A stretch of 64,000 nucleotides of DNA, taken from positions 12,834,001 to 12,898,000 of the forward strand of contig OX597833.1 in the NCBI GenBank assembly GCA_951406725.2, in the 5' to 3' direction. The DNA comes from Octopus vulgaris (lineage: Eukaryota). Position 1 is the first letter of the stretch, and the number at the start of each line of letters is the position of its first letter. This document shows positions 27,819-42,146 of the stretch, piece after piece. Below the pieces are notes generated by a model. It was not told where the DNA came from. It did not search any database and saw nothing but the letters and a program-made list of their open reading frames with translations. The translations under genes and the position numbers were made by a program.

Positions 27819-28083
27819 TTATTTATTGCCCACAAGGGGCCTAACATAGAGGGGACAAACAAGGATAGACAAAAGGATTAAGTCGATTACATCTACCCCA
27901 GTGGGTAACGGTAGACAAAACACCGCTAAGCACTTCGCCCTGCGTGCTAACTTTTCTTATTTCTTTATTGCCCACAAGGGGCTAAACATATAGGGACAAA
28001 CAAAGACAGACAAAGGGATTAAGTCGATTACATCGACCCCAGTGCGTAACTGGTACTTAATTTATCGACTTCGAAAGGATGAA
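27818..28083 (-). mobile_element. SINE C fragments
   Basis: Two 3' units. Confidence 0.85.
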
Positions 28084-28125
28084 AAATACCTTAGGAATGA
28101 GAACCCAGGTTCGAAATTTCCCCAA

Positions 28126-28171
28126 AACACCTGATGAAGGCTGGAGGCTATATCAGCTGAAACGTTGTGTT
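28126..28171 (+). ncRNA. Minimal type-I hammerhead ribozyme motif in a short element with an (aatgtaaat)n tail (~28085-28233)
   Basis: AACAC-CTGATGA-A-GGCTG..CAGCT-GAAAC-GTT-GTGTT: perfect 5-bp stem I, 5-bp stem II. Confidence 0.7.
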
Positions 28172-28244
28172 AACAACAAACTAGATGAGGACAAATATCC
28201 GTCAAATGTAAATAATGTAAATAATGTAAATAAAATACAACCGA

Positions 28245-28816
28245 TACTCTTACTCTTTTACTCTCTTTTACTTGTTTCAGTCATTTGACTGCGGCCATGC
28301 TGGAGCACCGCCTTTAGTCGAGCAAATCGACCCCGGAACTTATTCTTTGTAAGCCCAGTACTTATTCTATCGGTCTCTTTTGCCGAACTGCTAAGTGACG
28401 GGGACGTAAACACACCAGCATTGGTTGTCAAGCAATGCTAGGGGGACAAACACAGACACACAAACACACACACGCATATATATATATACATATATACGAC
28501 GGGCTTCTTTCAGTTTCCGTCTACCAAATCCACTCACAAGGCATTGGTCGGCCGGGGGCTATAGCAGAAGATACACATGCCCAAGAACAGACACACAGAA
28601 CACACTGCAACTAACCGAACCATGTGGTTGACACAAAATATATATATATACATATATACGCGGCTTCTTTAGTTTCCGTCTACCAAATCCACTCACAAGG
28701 CATTGGTCGGCCGAGGCTATAACAGAAGACACTGCCCAAGATCCACGCAGTGGGACTGAACCCGGAACCATGTGGTTGGTTAGCAAGCTACTTACCACAC
28801 AGCCACTCCTGCGCCT
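28245..28816 (-). mobile_element. SINE B with internal duplication
   Basis: Segment tttccgtctaccaaatccactcacaagg occurs twice (~28515, ~28675). Confidence 0.85.
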
Positions 28817-29353
28817 ATCTATGTTGTTTTCGTTTTTTCTTTCTTTTTTGTTCCAGAATGTTCTCTCCGATACACAGTATATTTTTTTCTTTCACACTGC
28901 TTGCCAAACATCTCTTTCTTCTGTTTATTCTTTCTTATGATAAACTTATACCGTAGCAGCTCCAAATAATCTACAGTTTATGTGAATATTTATTGAGTAC
29001 TTTTGTTGAATAACACCTCATAACTATTGATAATGATGTGCTTGATAGAATGCGTATGAATTCTTATTGTATTTCCCTTATCGCACATAGGCACACACGC
29101 ATATATATACATATACTTACATCCACATGCATGCATATGTATATATGTATATACGCTTGTACGCTTGTATGCATATACTCAAGTACTTACATATCTCACG
29201 TTATACGTATGATTTCGTACGCATGTATATATGTCTTTACACGCTTGTGTATATAAACGTGTGATTTAGTTTCATGCATACATACATACATACATGTATG
29301 CATACAAATTTCTCTCCCTCTCTCTTTCTGTGTGTGCCTTGATATATATATAT

Positions 29354-29406
<53 letters not shown>

Positions 29407-29458
29407 TATACATACATATATATACATATATATATATATAAATATATATATAAATATA

Positions 29459-29492
<34 letters not shown>

Positions 29493-29505
29493 ATGTATGT
29501 ATATA

Positions 29506-29605
<100 letters not shown>

Positions 29606-29808
29606 TGGTGTCTGAAGAAGTATGTTTGCTTGGAAATGTCCATAAGTCTGCAAACATGATTTTAAATGTTTGTATATGTTGTATACATGCGAGTATAGAC
29701 TTCATATTTTTCTGTTTGTTTATTTTTAATGTTGATCTGGGATCGAACATAAAGCTCACAAATCTTTAAACTAAAACAAATTGCAAACGAAGGCGAATAA
29801 TAATAATG

Positions 29809-29877
<69 letters not shown>

Positions 29878-29890
29878 ATAATAATAATGA

Positions 29891-29922
<32 letters not shown>

Positions 29923-29939
29923 ATGTATAATAATGATAA

Positions 29940-29977
<38 letters not shown>

Positions 29978-30000
29978 GTAGTAGTAGTAGTAATAATAAT

Positions 30001-30097
30001 AATGGTTTCAAATTTTGCCACAAGGGCAGACATTATGAGGGAGGGGATGTGTCGATTACATCGACCCCAGTGTTTAACTGGTACTTATTTTACCGAT
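30001..30097 (-). mobile_element. SINE C 3' fragment
   Basis: gtcgattacatcgaccccagt..aactggtacttatt. Confidence 0.7.
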
Positions 30098-30225
30098 CAC
30101 TAATTTAATTAAAATCATTTCGTGAGTGCTTAATTAACCCTTTGTTTGTACTTTGAATCACTTGGTACATAGGATATATTTCCCTGGCGTCCAAACATCA
30201 TATTTAATACAAATTCCCGAGTTTT

Positions 30226-30460
30226 TCAGCCGCCAAGTTTTTCATATGCATTGTCATGCAACAACAAAACTTTCTTTGACAATAGGCTTCGGTGTTTGGT
30301 GCGAATTGCTGGCTTCAGTTTGTTGGCCAGCAAAGCACCGTATCTTGCACTGTTGGTCGTCCACCCGTTTTCCAGAGAAATCGGATCACTGCGCTTTGTC
30401 CTTCTTTGGTGCACATTGCTAGTGGGGCGGCTATGCTTACTCTGTAAAGCCAGAAAGAAA
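30226..30460 (-). pseudogene. Mariner (DD34D) transposase fragment
   Basis: GWTTNSARYGALLANKLKPAIRTKHRSLLSKKVLLLHDNA resembles the mariner LLHDNA(RPH) motif. Confidence 0.85.
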
Positions 30461-30559
30461 AATGGCGTGATCGGGCTCAAACTTCGACCACGTGACCACA
30501 ATAGCACCAACTATGCGCAGAGGGCAGTGACAATAATAAAGATATATTATAGGGACATA

Positions 30560-31700
30560 TGGAAAGCCAAGCTTTATCTTACTCAGAACGTAGGAAACAA
30601 AGGCTAGCTAAAAAATCTGAAAACAAGCATGGACATTTAGGATGCGCTTATGAAGATGTTTTAGACAGGAAAAAGATTAAACTAGGAATCCTCACCGTGT
30701 AGATATAACATTTAGTTGAAACCTATACAGAATACTACAGTTTTTCTTAAAGTTTAATATCTAGTAAAAAGAGTCATACCATCTCTAAAGAGGTATGGCA
30801 GCAGTCCAGTGATTGAAACAAATAAAAGATAAAAGATCCATTAAATGGTATCACTTATCGATGCTTCAGCACAGTTTTCAGGAAGTTTGGAGACTTGGAA
30901 TTTACTTCCATTGCAAAGTCCTTGTGAAATGGATAAAGTGTGCAAGAGCATTAAAACTTCTCCAATTTTCAAATATATGGTGGCATTTGAAGGGGAATGA
31001 GTAACTTCCGCAGTTCAAATTCCAGTTGGTCGTCTCAGAGTAAATTATCTGTATTGAAATATTTCTAAGAATGTCCTGGACTGAGCGCCAATACTTCTTC
31101 GCTGATTGCAAGACAGGCTGTGTCAGAGTCTCTTCTTGTCGTGTATTACCGAATGTATGATCAATTATTGACCCTCCAGCAATTATCATATCGGATGGCT
31201 CCACACCAACATCAACAAATCACTGGTCCCTCACTAAAGCAGTTCAGTTTCCAGTTTGATGTAACCAGTTGGTAAAGTCTCTCAGGTATGCAATAACTCG
31301 CAAAAATTTAGATTGGTTGATTTGTTCGGCGTGCCATAAAAATGGGAACTTTTATTAACAGCGCACGGAAGTATAGGTGAAATATATCCGAAGTTGGCTC
31401 CAAATACAATAAAAATATGCTTGGTAATTTTTTTTTTTGTCTTTTTAAAAATTCCGTGATCGATTGGTACTGCGATGTTTGTGGCTATTCACACACCTCC
31501 AAAGAAGAAGCAAGCCATCTTTAAGAATGTGTAAATATAAAATGTTTTAAAATTAATTAAATACCTAAAAGGCAGACATCCAAAACTTCCAGAGGTAGCT
31601 CGTTTGCAAATACTCCGGAAAAGAAATTTTTTGTCATTAAATGATTTGTGGTAAAATCCTCAAACACTGAGAGCGAAGTGAAACACGTCTGACAACAGCA

Positions 31701-31703
<3 letters not shown>
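30560..31703 (+). pseudogene. Very old R4/Dong-like LINE relic (fragmented)
   Basis: Ordered remnants AKLYLTQNVGNKG (cf. RLYLPRxxGGRGL), KKSHTISKE, CSACHK..PKLAPN and LQILRK, ending in (TAA)n. Confidence 0.45.
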
Positions 31704-31789
<86 letters not shown>

Positions 31790-31796
31790 GATATTA

Positions 31797-32782
31797 TTAG
31801 ATATTCTGAATAATAAATGGCAAGAAATACCTCTCTATGGCAAATACCCAAAGAGAGCGAATAATGCAGATATCGACAAAGCCCTGACCCATCAATGGCT
31901 AATAGCCTCTGGCTTAAAATCTGAAACAGAGGGGTTTATCATAGCAGCTCAAGATCAATGCCTACCAACAAGAAACTACCAGGCCAACATATTAAAGAAC
32001 GGCAGTAGCCCAACATGTCGTGTATGCCGACAACAAAATGAAACCATTGACCATGTTGTCTCCAAATGCAGTCTTCTAGCGCCTACAGAGTACCTCAGTA
32101 GGCATGATAGAGCTGCATAATATATTCACTGGGTAATTTGCAAAAACCTGGATTTACCCCATGAAAAAAACTGGTGGGAACACAATCCACCTCCTGTGCT
32201 TGAAAATGACCACATCTCACTCCTCTGGAACTTCACCATTCAAACTGACAGGAAGATAGATGCAAATAGGCCAGACATTATATTGAAAGACTTCAAACAA
32301 AGAACATGCCTCCTCATTGATATGACTGTCCCAATCGATATAAACGTATCTGTCAAAACCTACCAAAAACTGAGCAAATATAAAGATCTTGAAATAGAAA
32401 TCAGCAAAATGTGGAACCTGAAGACTAAAACAATACCTGTTGTCATAGGTGCCCTGGGAATGATAGCGAAGGGGACTGATTGCTACCTAACTCAGATACC
32501 AGGAAACCCCAAAATGACAGAAATTCAAAAGATGGTGCTCATGGGAACTGCTCATATCCTACGCAAAATACTCTCTATGTAATCCCAAGGTTTAAAACAA
32601 ACTTTTATTTATTTATTTATTTATTTTTTGTTTTTATGTATTAGACATTCACTAGTACAACACAAAAAAAAAAAAAAAAAAACCCAAATATATGGCACAA
32701 AACTTCCAACCTGTTGTCTCCTGAGGTCTCTGGGTGAGACTTGGAGCCAACTTGTACAGACATAAAGCAAAAGTCAAACATA

Positions 32783-32783
<1 letters not shown>
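31797..32783 (+). mobile_element. 5'-truncated R4/Dong-type non-LTR retrotransposon (CCHC finger plus restriction-like endonuclease), one premature stop
   Basis: One frame reads WLIASGLKSETEGFIIAAQDQ..CRVC..ETIDHVVSKC..RHD..RPDIIL..LLID..KLSKYKDL..PVVIGALG; TAA stop at 32118; (TAA)n on both sides. Confidence 0.93.
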
Positions 32784-32854
<71 letters not shown>

Positions 32855-32974
32855 TAATAATAATAATAATAAAAATAATAATAATAATAGTAGTAGTAGT
32901 AGTAATAATAATAATAATAGTAGTAGTAGTAGTAGCAGTAGTAGTAGTAATAATAATAATAATAATAATAATAA

Positions 32975-33060
<86 letters not shown>

Positions 33061-33237
33061 TGAGTAAAGATATAGACAAATAGTTGAAAGAAATTGGAAA
33101 GATTATGAGGAAGGTTTTAAGAACTTGAAAGATTATTGAAGGCTTGTGGATATTTAAAGTTTGAGGTATAAATTCTATCAGGTATATAACAACGAACCTG
33201 AGTCAAATCAACGACAACAACAACAGCAATAATAATA

Positions 33238-33403
33238 ATGGTTTCATATTTTGCCACAAGGGCAGCAATTTTGGGGGAGGGGATGAATCGATTACATCGA
33301 CCCCAGAGTTCAACTGGCACTTATTTTATCGACTTCGAAAGGATGACAGGCAAAGTCGACCTCGGCGGAAATTAAATTCAGAACATAGCGACGGGCGAAA
33401 TAC
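33238..33403 (-). mobile_element. SINE C fragment
   Basis: Core match. Confidence 0.8.
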
Positions 33404-33405
33404 AG

Positions 33406-33535
33406 GCAAAAGAGACTGATAAATTAAGTACTAGGCTTACAAGGAATAAGTCCTGGGGTCGATTTGCTCGACTAAAGGCGGTGCTTCAGCATGGCCACAG
33501 TCAAATGATTGAAACAAGTAAAGGAGTAAAGGGGT
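33406..33535 (+). mobile_element. SINE B 3' fragment
   Basis: ggcaaaagagac..ggggtcgatttgctcgactaaaggcggtg..agtaaag. Confidence 0.85.
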
Positions 33536-34164
33536 ATCAGTCTCATATACTAAAAGCTACAGAAGATGAAAATTGTATGCAAGGGTAAATGACTTGTTCT
33601 ATAGCAACGTCACCGACGGCAAAGAGCTATTCTACATAGAGGCCATATGGCATGCTATTCCCTTTGTAACTGGTGATTCATGTATATCGAAGAAAGGTAA
33701 CGTGGTAGCGGCTTACTTTAGCCCAACACGACTGTCAGTAAAGACTAATCTGTAAAATAGTTAGTTGTAAGTCTATCAACACCAGTGTTACACAACCTTT
33801 TTCGACAACCACATATACTTAGATAGATACTTACTACTTCTCCAAATTTCATATCTTTTTGTTATAATACAAACAGTGACTATAATTAAAATGCATTGCT
33901 TACCTTCCCCTTCGGAGATCTTGATGGCCCTTGTAAAGACCATTAATCTACACTTTCTTTTATGATATCCGTAAACAGTTCATGCACAGAATAGTTTTCT
34001 GTAGGGTCGGTAAAATATGACACGTAACAAAATCCATTCCACGACCGATTTTATCCAGCCGGCCAACTTTATGGAATATGTGACGTTGCATAGGAAAATG
34101 TTTTGTTTCTATATTTATCATTGGCAAGCAAACAATAAAATTCTACAGGGAAAATTTAAAACAA

Positions 34165-34305
34165 TAATCTTATTTTATCGACCCGAAAGAATGAAAGGTA
34201 TAGTTGACTCTGATGGAATTTGAATCCAGAATATAAAATACCGGAAGAAATGCTGCTAAGCATTTTGTCCGGTATGTTAACGATTCTATATGCTTGCTGC
34301 CTTAA
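34165..34305 (-). mobile_element. Diverged SINE C
   Basis: ttttatcgacccgaaagaatgaaagg..ggaatttgaa..ctaagcatttt. Confidence 0.65.
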
Positions 34306-34419
34306 TGATTTTGCATTGATACAAAAAAAAAAAAAAATGAGATTACTTCATTTTGTAAAAAATAAAAAGTTTTTCCAGATGCGGTATTTTAAGCAGTAAA
34401 TATTTTCAGTTGAATGGAG

Positions 34420-34828
34420 GGATCTTTTCGGTTTGAACGGCAGTTTTTAAAAATAATTTCCACGTAACTAAACACTTTTAAACTTCGTATATTGGTAGAA
34501 TATGTTTATAAAACATCTTTTTCTCTTGGCTTTATTGAGAAAATTCTATAGTTTGTAAGATATTTGTTGTTTTTTTCTTTAATTTCTGCAATTTCAACCA
34601 ATCAATGACGTCTATTGAGGTGAAAACATTCTGTGCCGTATGAATATGTCCCTCGTTTAAGAAACAGATTGGGTTTATTTACATTTGTGAAGAAAAAAGA
34701 TACCCTCCCCCCCACCCCTAACCCTAAAACAGATTGAAATGCAATAGATCGATACTAGGGTCATAATTATGGGTGACAATTTCATATGACACCGCTAGAA
34801 AAAACTGCCGTTCAAACCGAAAAGGTCC
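34420..34828. mobile_element. MITE with 29-bp TIRs (GG termini) and 8-bp TSD, possibly Merlin-like
   Basis: TIR ggatcttttcggtttgaacggcagttttt (1 mismatch); TSD GAATGGAG at 34412-34419 and 34829-34836. Confidence 0.9.
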
Positions 34829-35251
34829 GAATGGAGCAACGCAGACTAAACAAGATCCCGTACGCTCTCTTGATAAAGATTACTTGAATAACTGATTAAA
34901 AGGAAGTGATGAAAATGTTCATTTGTCTATTAATGAAAGCAAATATTTTGGAAGATTCCTCGAATTCACAATCACCTTCCACGATTTAGACTAACTTAAA
35001 ATGTATTTTTTTAAACCCTTCAATGCATACAGTGTTTACACGTGGGACATATTTTTGTATGTTGCAATTACATCCTTACAACTGGTGACATTGATTAGAA
35101 ATATAAAACAAGAAGCGTCGAGTCAAAACCGCCCCGGAAGTTTGGGAATATGTGAGTGTTAGTTAATGCGTGCATACATGCGAATGTGTGTGGTTGTGGA
35201 CGTGATTATGCAAACGTACAAGCGTACGCTCCAGCATTTTTCTGCGTACGC

Positions 35252-35840
35252 ATGTATGTATGTATGTATGTATGTATGTATGTATGTATGTATGCATGCA
35301 TGTATGTATGTATGTATGTATGTATGTATGTATGTATGTATGTATGTATGTATGTATGTATGTATGTATGTATGTATGTATGTATGTATGTATGTATGTA
35401 TGTATGTATGTATGTATGTATGTATGTATGTATGTATGTATGTATGTATGTATGTATGTATGTATGTATGTATGTATGTATGAATGTATTTATTTATGTA
35501 TGTATGTATGTATGTATGTATGTATGTATGTATGTATGTATGTATGTATGTATGCATGCATGTATGTATGTATGTATGTATGCATGTATGTATGTATGTA
35601 TGAATGTATGTATGTATGTATGTATGTATGTATGTATGTATGTATGTATGTATGTATGTATGTATGTATGTATGTATGTATGTATGTATGTATGTATGTA
35701 TGTATTTATGTATGTATGTATGTATGTATGTATGTGTGTGTGTGTGCGTGTGTATGTGTATATGTATCTATATCTATTCTATGCATACATGTTCGTATGT
35801 ATGTATGTATGTATGTATGTATGTATGTATGTATGTATGT
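35252..35840. repeat. (TATG)n microsatellite
   Basis: Directly visible. Confidence 0.97.
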
Positions 35841-36020
35841 GTGTATTTATCTGTCTATCTATCTATCTATCTATCTATAAATATACATGTATTTACATAT
35901 ATATTCAGATGTACACATATTCTCTCTCCCTTTCTTTCTTTCTTTCTGTATCGCTCTCTCACACACACACACATATATTTATATATATATATATATTTAT
36001 ATGAGTATGTAAGTATATAT

Positions 36021-36106
<86 letters not shown>

Positions 36107-36754
36107 TTATATATATGCATACATGTATATATTGTATAGATAGGTATAGGTATATATATATATATATGTGTGTTTGTGTGTGTATGTGTGGGTGTGGGTG
36201 TGTTTGTATGTATGTAAATATTTACGTATATGAATGGGTATTCAAGCATAGGTGTATATAAACAGTGAAATATTTGTATTTGTTTGAGAGATGTTATTAA
36301 AACCGTAACTGGCTTGTGTTTTCATGCTTCACCTAATCCGATTGATCATTAAAAAAAACACAGTTTATCTAAATATAGGACGATAAGCAACTGTAATGAA
36401 AATAAACGATGTCACATCCACTGTAGGTTGTACGCCGTTGTGATGCAGCCATTAAATGCTGAGCGTGTTATATAGAGGAAGTGCTTAGCTAGTTGCTGGG
36501 CCTGTTAGAAGTAGGGGTAGTATTTTCCGTTAAGTGAAATGCTAACCATTATCTTTAAAAGGACACGTTAAGATGGTGTATGGTGTAGTCTGAGCGTTAA
36601 CATATGTCATGAAACATGGTGGAATTGTCACGGCCGGAACGACTACGATCCGAGATTCAGACGAATTAGGGAAGACTTAAGACTGTTCAACAACAACAGC
36701 AACAACAACGACAACAACAACAACAACAACAACAACAACAGCAGCAGCAGCAGC

Positions 36755-36789
<35 letters not shown>

Positions 36790-36793
36790 GTGT

Positions 36794-37155
36794 AGGCGCA
36801 ATGGCCCAATGGTTAGGGCAGCGGACTAGCGGTCGGAGGATCGCGGTTTCGATTCCCAGACCGGGCGTTGTGTGTGTTTATTGAGCGAAAACGCCTAAAG
36901 CTCCACGAGGCTCCGGCTGGGGGTGGGGTGGCGACCCCCTGTTGTACTCTTTCGTCCAAACTTTCTCTCACTCTTTCTTCCTGTTTCTTGTCCTCCCCGA
37001 CTTCCTACGCAACCGTTGAGCCTGGATGCGCATTCATCCATCCGTCGATGCTCTCGGCGTCGGGGGTTCACCTGTTTTCTCTTCTGCGGGTCTTACGAAT
37101 AGCAAAGGACCACGTTTCGGACTTCTCCCACTCTGGGACGAAGACCGCTACGCTG
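36794..37155 (+). mobile_element. SINE family A, tail type 3, between (CAA/CAG)n tracts
   Basis: Match to 7355-7729. Confidence 0.9.
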
Positions 37156-37464
37156 AATAGCAACAGCAACAGCAACAGCAACGAGAAGAAGATAAACAGC
37201 AATATTTTCCAGCACACCAAGTTCCGTACGGTTGCTCGCTCTATGTGAAATAGCAGCTAAATCGAGGCAACGAGAGTCAAACGACGCGATAGCGCGACTT
37301 GTTGAAAATAACAGTCAAACGGTATGATTCCTATTTGGGTATGTGCTCCATGTTTATAAACTCAATCTAACGGTGAAACATGGCAGCCAAATGTATTGGC
37401 TGAAGCAATTTTTTTTATACATACATAGAACAAGTTATGTTTACTTCTCTCACACCTTTCCTTT

Positions 37465-37900
37465 ACATACATACATACATAATACATACATATATAATAC
37501 ATACATACATACATGCATACATACAGTCATACATACATACATACATACATACATACATACATACATACACACACAGACGTACATACAGTCATATATACAT
37601 ACATACATACATACAGTCATACATACATAATACATACATACATACATACATACATACATACATACACACACATACATACAGTCATATATACATACATACA
37701 TACAAACAAACATACATACATACATACAAACATACATACATACAAACATACATACATACATACATACAAACAAACAAACATACATACATACATACATACA
37801 TACATACATACATACATACATACATACATACATACATACATACATACATACATACATACATACATACATACATACATACATACATACATACATACACACG
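37465..37900. repeat. (TACA)n microsatellite
   Basis: Directly visible. Confidence 0.95.
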
Positions 37901-38277
37901 CACGTGTGTGTGTGTATTGTATATTTATTGTATCATATACTTTTATATCACACGCACACACAATTTATATACATATACACATATATGCATATATACATAC
38001 CTAGGCATGTATAGTGTAGTCGGAAGGGATCGAAACTTTAACAGTGTTATTCGGATATCAGCTGACACGTCCGGTCCGTTGGAATAGAAAAAGCTTATAA
38101 CATATGACGAAAGCATTTCGGAAGGCGGCAGTTTCGAACTGTGTCCCACGCAAGTACTACTTATTAGTTACAACAGAAATATGGCCCCTGGGAAGGTGTT
38201 GGAGGTCAGAGACAACGTTAGTCCCAGCGTGGGCACAAGTCATAAAATTTCCGAAACATATTTCCGAATACTGGTGC

Positions 38278-38727
38278 ACACAAACACACACACTCACACA
38301 AACACCAAAAACACACATACTCTCACACACACACACACACACACAAACACCAACACACACATGCTCACACGCACACACACACACACACTCACACAAACAC
38401 ACACGCGCGCGCACACTCACACACACACACAAAGACCAACACACACATACGCACACATACCCACACGTACACATACACACACGCACACATACTCACACAC
38501 ACATACACACACAAACACCAACACACACATACGCACACCAACCCACACATACGCACACATACTCACACACATAAACACTCGCACACATACACACAAACAC
38601 TCGCACACATACTCACACACACACACACACTCACACAAACACCAACACACACAAACACACATACTCACACACACACACAAACACTCGTACACATACTCAC
38701 ACACACATACTCACACACACACACATA

Positions 38728-38812
<85 letters not shown>
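38278..38812. repeat. Degenerate (CA)n tract
   Basis: Directly visible. Confidence 0.9.
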
Positions 38813-39369
38813 GTACATACATATGTGTGCATGAATATGTCACGCCAGCTTGTCTTGTCGTTATCCGCCTAATCCCTATGTCAAAAACACACGATTTTAT
38901 TGTGTCTGGGGAGAGTCATTTTCTTTTTGTGCCTTATTATGTAACACACACACCGGTAAAATTCCCACTTTTTTTCATATTTTCATGGTCCTAAAATATA
39001 TGATTTTGACACAGACATATTTGTGTGTATGTGTATGTTTGTGTTGTCTAAAAAGACATGATAAAAAAAAAACTCTCCTGCCGTAACCATCCCAGCACGA
39101 TATATCTTCCTATTGAGTATGATTTGAGGTCGATTTGGCTACGGCTTCTAATATTGATATAACAACGAAGAAAGTTGCCGTATGCATGTATGTATGTATG
39201 TATGTATGTATGTATGTATGTATGTATGTACGGATGGTTCTATGTATGTATGTATGTATGTATGTGTGTTTTCGTGTGTTTCTGTGTGTGTAATATTCAC
39301 CTGTAAGTTAGTGTGAAAATCTTGGCGAGGAACAGGTGTACACGTGTAGCATATAAGCTTTTACCTATC

Positions 39370-39680
39370 ACGAAGGGGTGCTGAAAAATACCTGGCTTTA
39401 GGTAACTGAAAATACAGGCGGATCTTTTAATTATGATTTTATTCAGCGTATCCCCCTCCCAGATTCACACACTTATCGCAGCCGCCCTTCAGTTTTTCAA
39501 AACCCTGAAGAAAAAAAAAATACTCGGAAGTTTGGGCCTCCCGATCAGGGCTTTTGCGACACCCTTAACGCCAGGAGCTTTTCGGCATTCCATCGTATAT
39601 ATATTACATAATATAAACCGCCTCGACCATTCATTGGAGTCCTTTGCGTGGAGTGTGATTGACCTTGTTCTATAAACAAA
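39370..39680. mobile_element. Mariner-type terminal fragment
   Basis: Starts acgaaggggtgctgaaaa-tacctggc, resembling mariner TIRs; no second TIR found. Confidence 0.5.
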
Positions 39681-39720
39681 TATGAACTACGTGAGTGTGT
39701 GTGTGTACATATATATATAT

Positions 39721-39797
<77 letters not shown>

Positions 39798-39936
39798 TAT
39801 ATATATATAGATAGATAGATAGTTAAGTTTAACGAAGGTATGTTTAGAATAGTATTTGAAAGTAAAAAGAATATGTGTGCGTGTGTGTGTGTGTGAGTGT
39901 GTGCATGTGTACACGTTCATATATATACTGCATATG

Positions 39937-39968
<32 letters not shown>

Positions 39969-40092
39969 CATACATATATATATATATATGTATGTATATA
40001 TATGTATATATATGTATATATATGTTATATATATATTATATATTTGCATATAATGTATTTTATGTACATACATAGATATATGGACACGTACG

Positions 40093-40140
<48 letters not shown>

Positions 40141-40238
40141 CAGGCACTCTCACACACTCACATATACATACAGATATACAGGTACTCTCTCTCTTACACA
40201 CTCACATATACATACATATATACGGGCACTCTCTCTTT

Positions 40239-40278
<40 letters not shown>

Positions 40279-40721
40279 CATACAGATATAAAGACACTCT
40301 CTCTCACACACACACATATATATACATACATAAATACAAGCATACACACACCCTAGCCTGTACTTTCTCCCCCTCTCCCCGCATGTATATACACACATCA
40401 TACATGTATATCGATATAATTATAGAAAAAAACCTACCTGGCAGGAACGAACGCATAACTGAGACTGCTAATATGTCAACGTAGTATAAAGCTATAAAGG
40501 CCTATCCCGCACTTACACACACCCACAACCAACACACACACACACACATATACACACTCACAGATATATATATATATATATATATACACACAGACACACA
40601 GACAGACAGACAGATAGACAGACATATACTGAAATATACACGCACGCACGCACGCACGCACGTTGCCTCGACGTACCTTCAAGCACCGCCTGCCCCGTCG
40701 CCGACACACCACGGCCAAGAC

Positions 40722-41104
40722 TACAACGACGACGACGACGACGACCACCACCACCACCGCTACCACTACCACCGCTACTACCGCCATCACTATCACTACC
40801 GCTACCACCGCCGCCACCGCCGCCGCCGCCGCTGTCGCCGCCGCCGCTGTCGCCACTACCACAGCTACCACCTATAGCTTTGTTTACACGCATGTCCCCC
40901 CTCCCCTTCCTTCACAGCTCATCATCCATCCACCACCACCACCGCCACCACCACTAATTACTACTACTACTACTACTGTTACTACTACTACTACTACTAC
41001 TACTAATTACCCCCACCACCACCACCACCACCACAACCACCACCATCACCATCACCACCACCACCACCACCACCACCACCACCACCACCACCACCACCAC
41101 CACC

Positions 41105-41152
<48 letters not shown>

Positions 41153-41207
41153 GCTACTACTAATTACCACCACCACCACCACCACCACCACCACCACCAC
41201 CACCACC

Positions 41208-41259
<52 letters not shown>

Positions 41260-41326
41260 ATTACCACCACCACCACCACCACCACCACTACCACCACTAC
41301 TACTACTACAACTACTACTAATTACC

Positions 41327-41360
<34 letters not shown>

Positions 41361-41808
41361 GTTTCACAACGACCGTGACGGAAGCAATGTCTTTCTCATT
41401 GGTTTTTTCTGATTACAACCACAATAACAACAACAACAACAACCGTAGCGTAGGAAGTGCGTTGATGGTTGTTGTTGTTGTTGTTGTTGTGGTTATTGTT
41501 GTGGTGGAGGTGGTGGTGAGCGGCCTCTAAACGGTCGAGCAAAATGCTAGAAACAACCACCGGACTCTACCTGTCTCGAGGCAGAATGAAAGAGGAAAGA
41601 AGACTGGACAATGGCTTTTTTTTTTCGACATTTCATCGACTTGGTGGTCGCGGATGGAATGGATGGGACGCCTTCAGACAGCCGGTTGTCACAGGTTATG
41701 CTTAATGATTGGGTTGACCGAGGGCTGAACGGCAACGTGGACAACAAACACCACGACGACCACCACCGCCACCATCACTACTACTACTACAACTACTACT
41801 TCTACTAT

Positions 41809-41847
<39 letters not shown>

Positions 41848-41975
41848 AACTACAACTACTACCACCACTACTACTACTACTACAACCACCACAACAACAA
41901 CAACTACTACTACTACTACTACAACCACAACTACTACTACTTCTACTACTACTACAACCACAACTACTACTACTT

Positions 41976-42009
<34 letters not shown>

Positions 42010-42100
42010 AACCACAACTACTACTACTACTACTACTACTACAACCACAACTACTACCACCACTACTACTACTACTACAACAACAACAACAACAACAACA

Positions 42101-42146
<46 letters not shown>

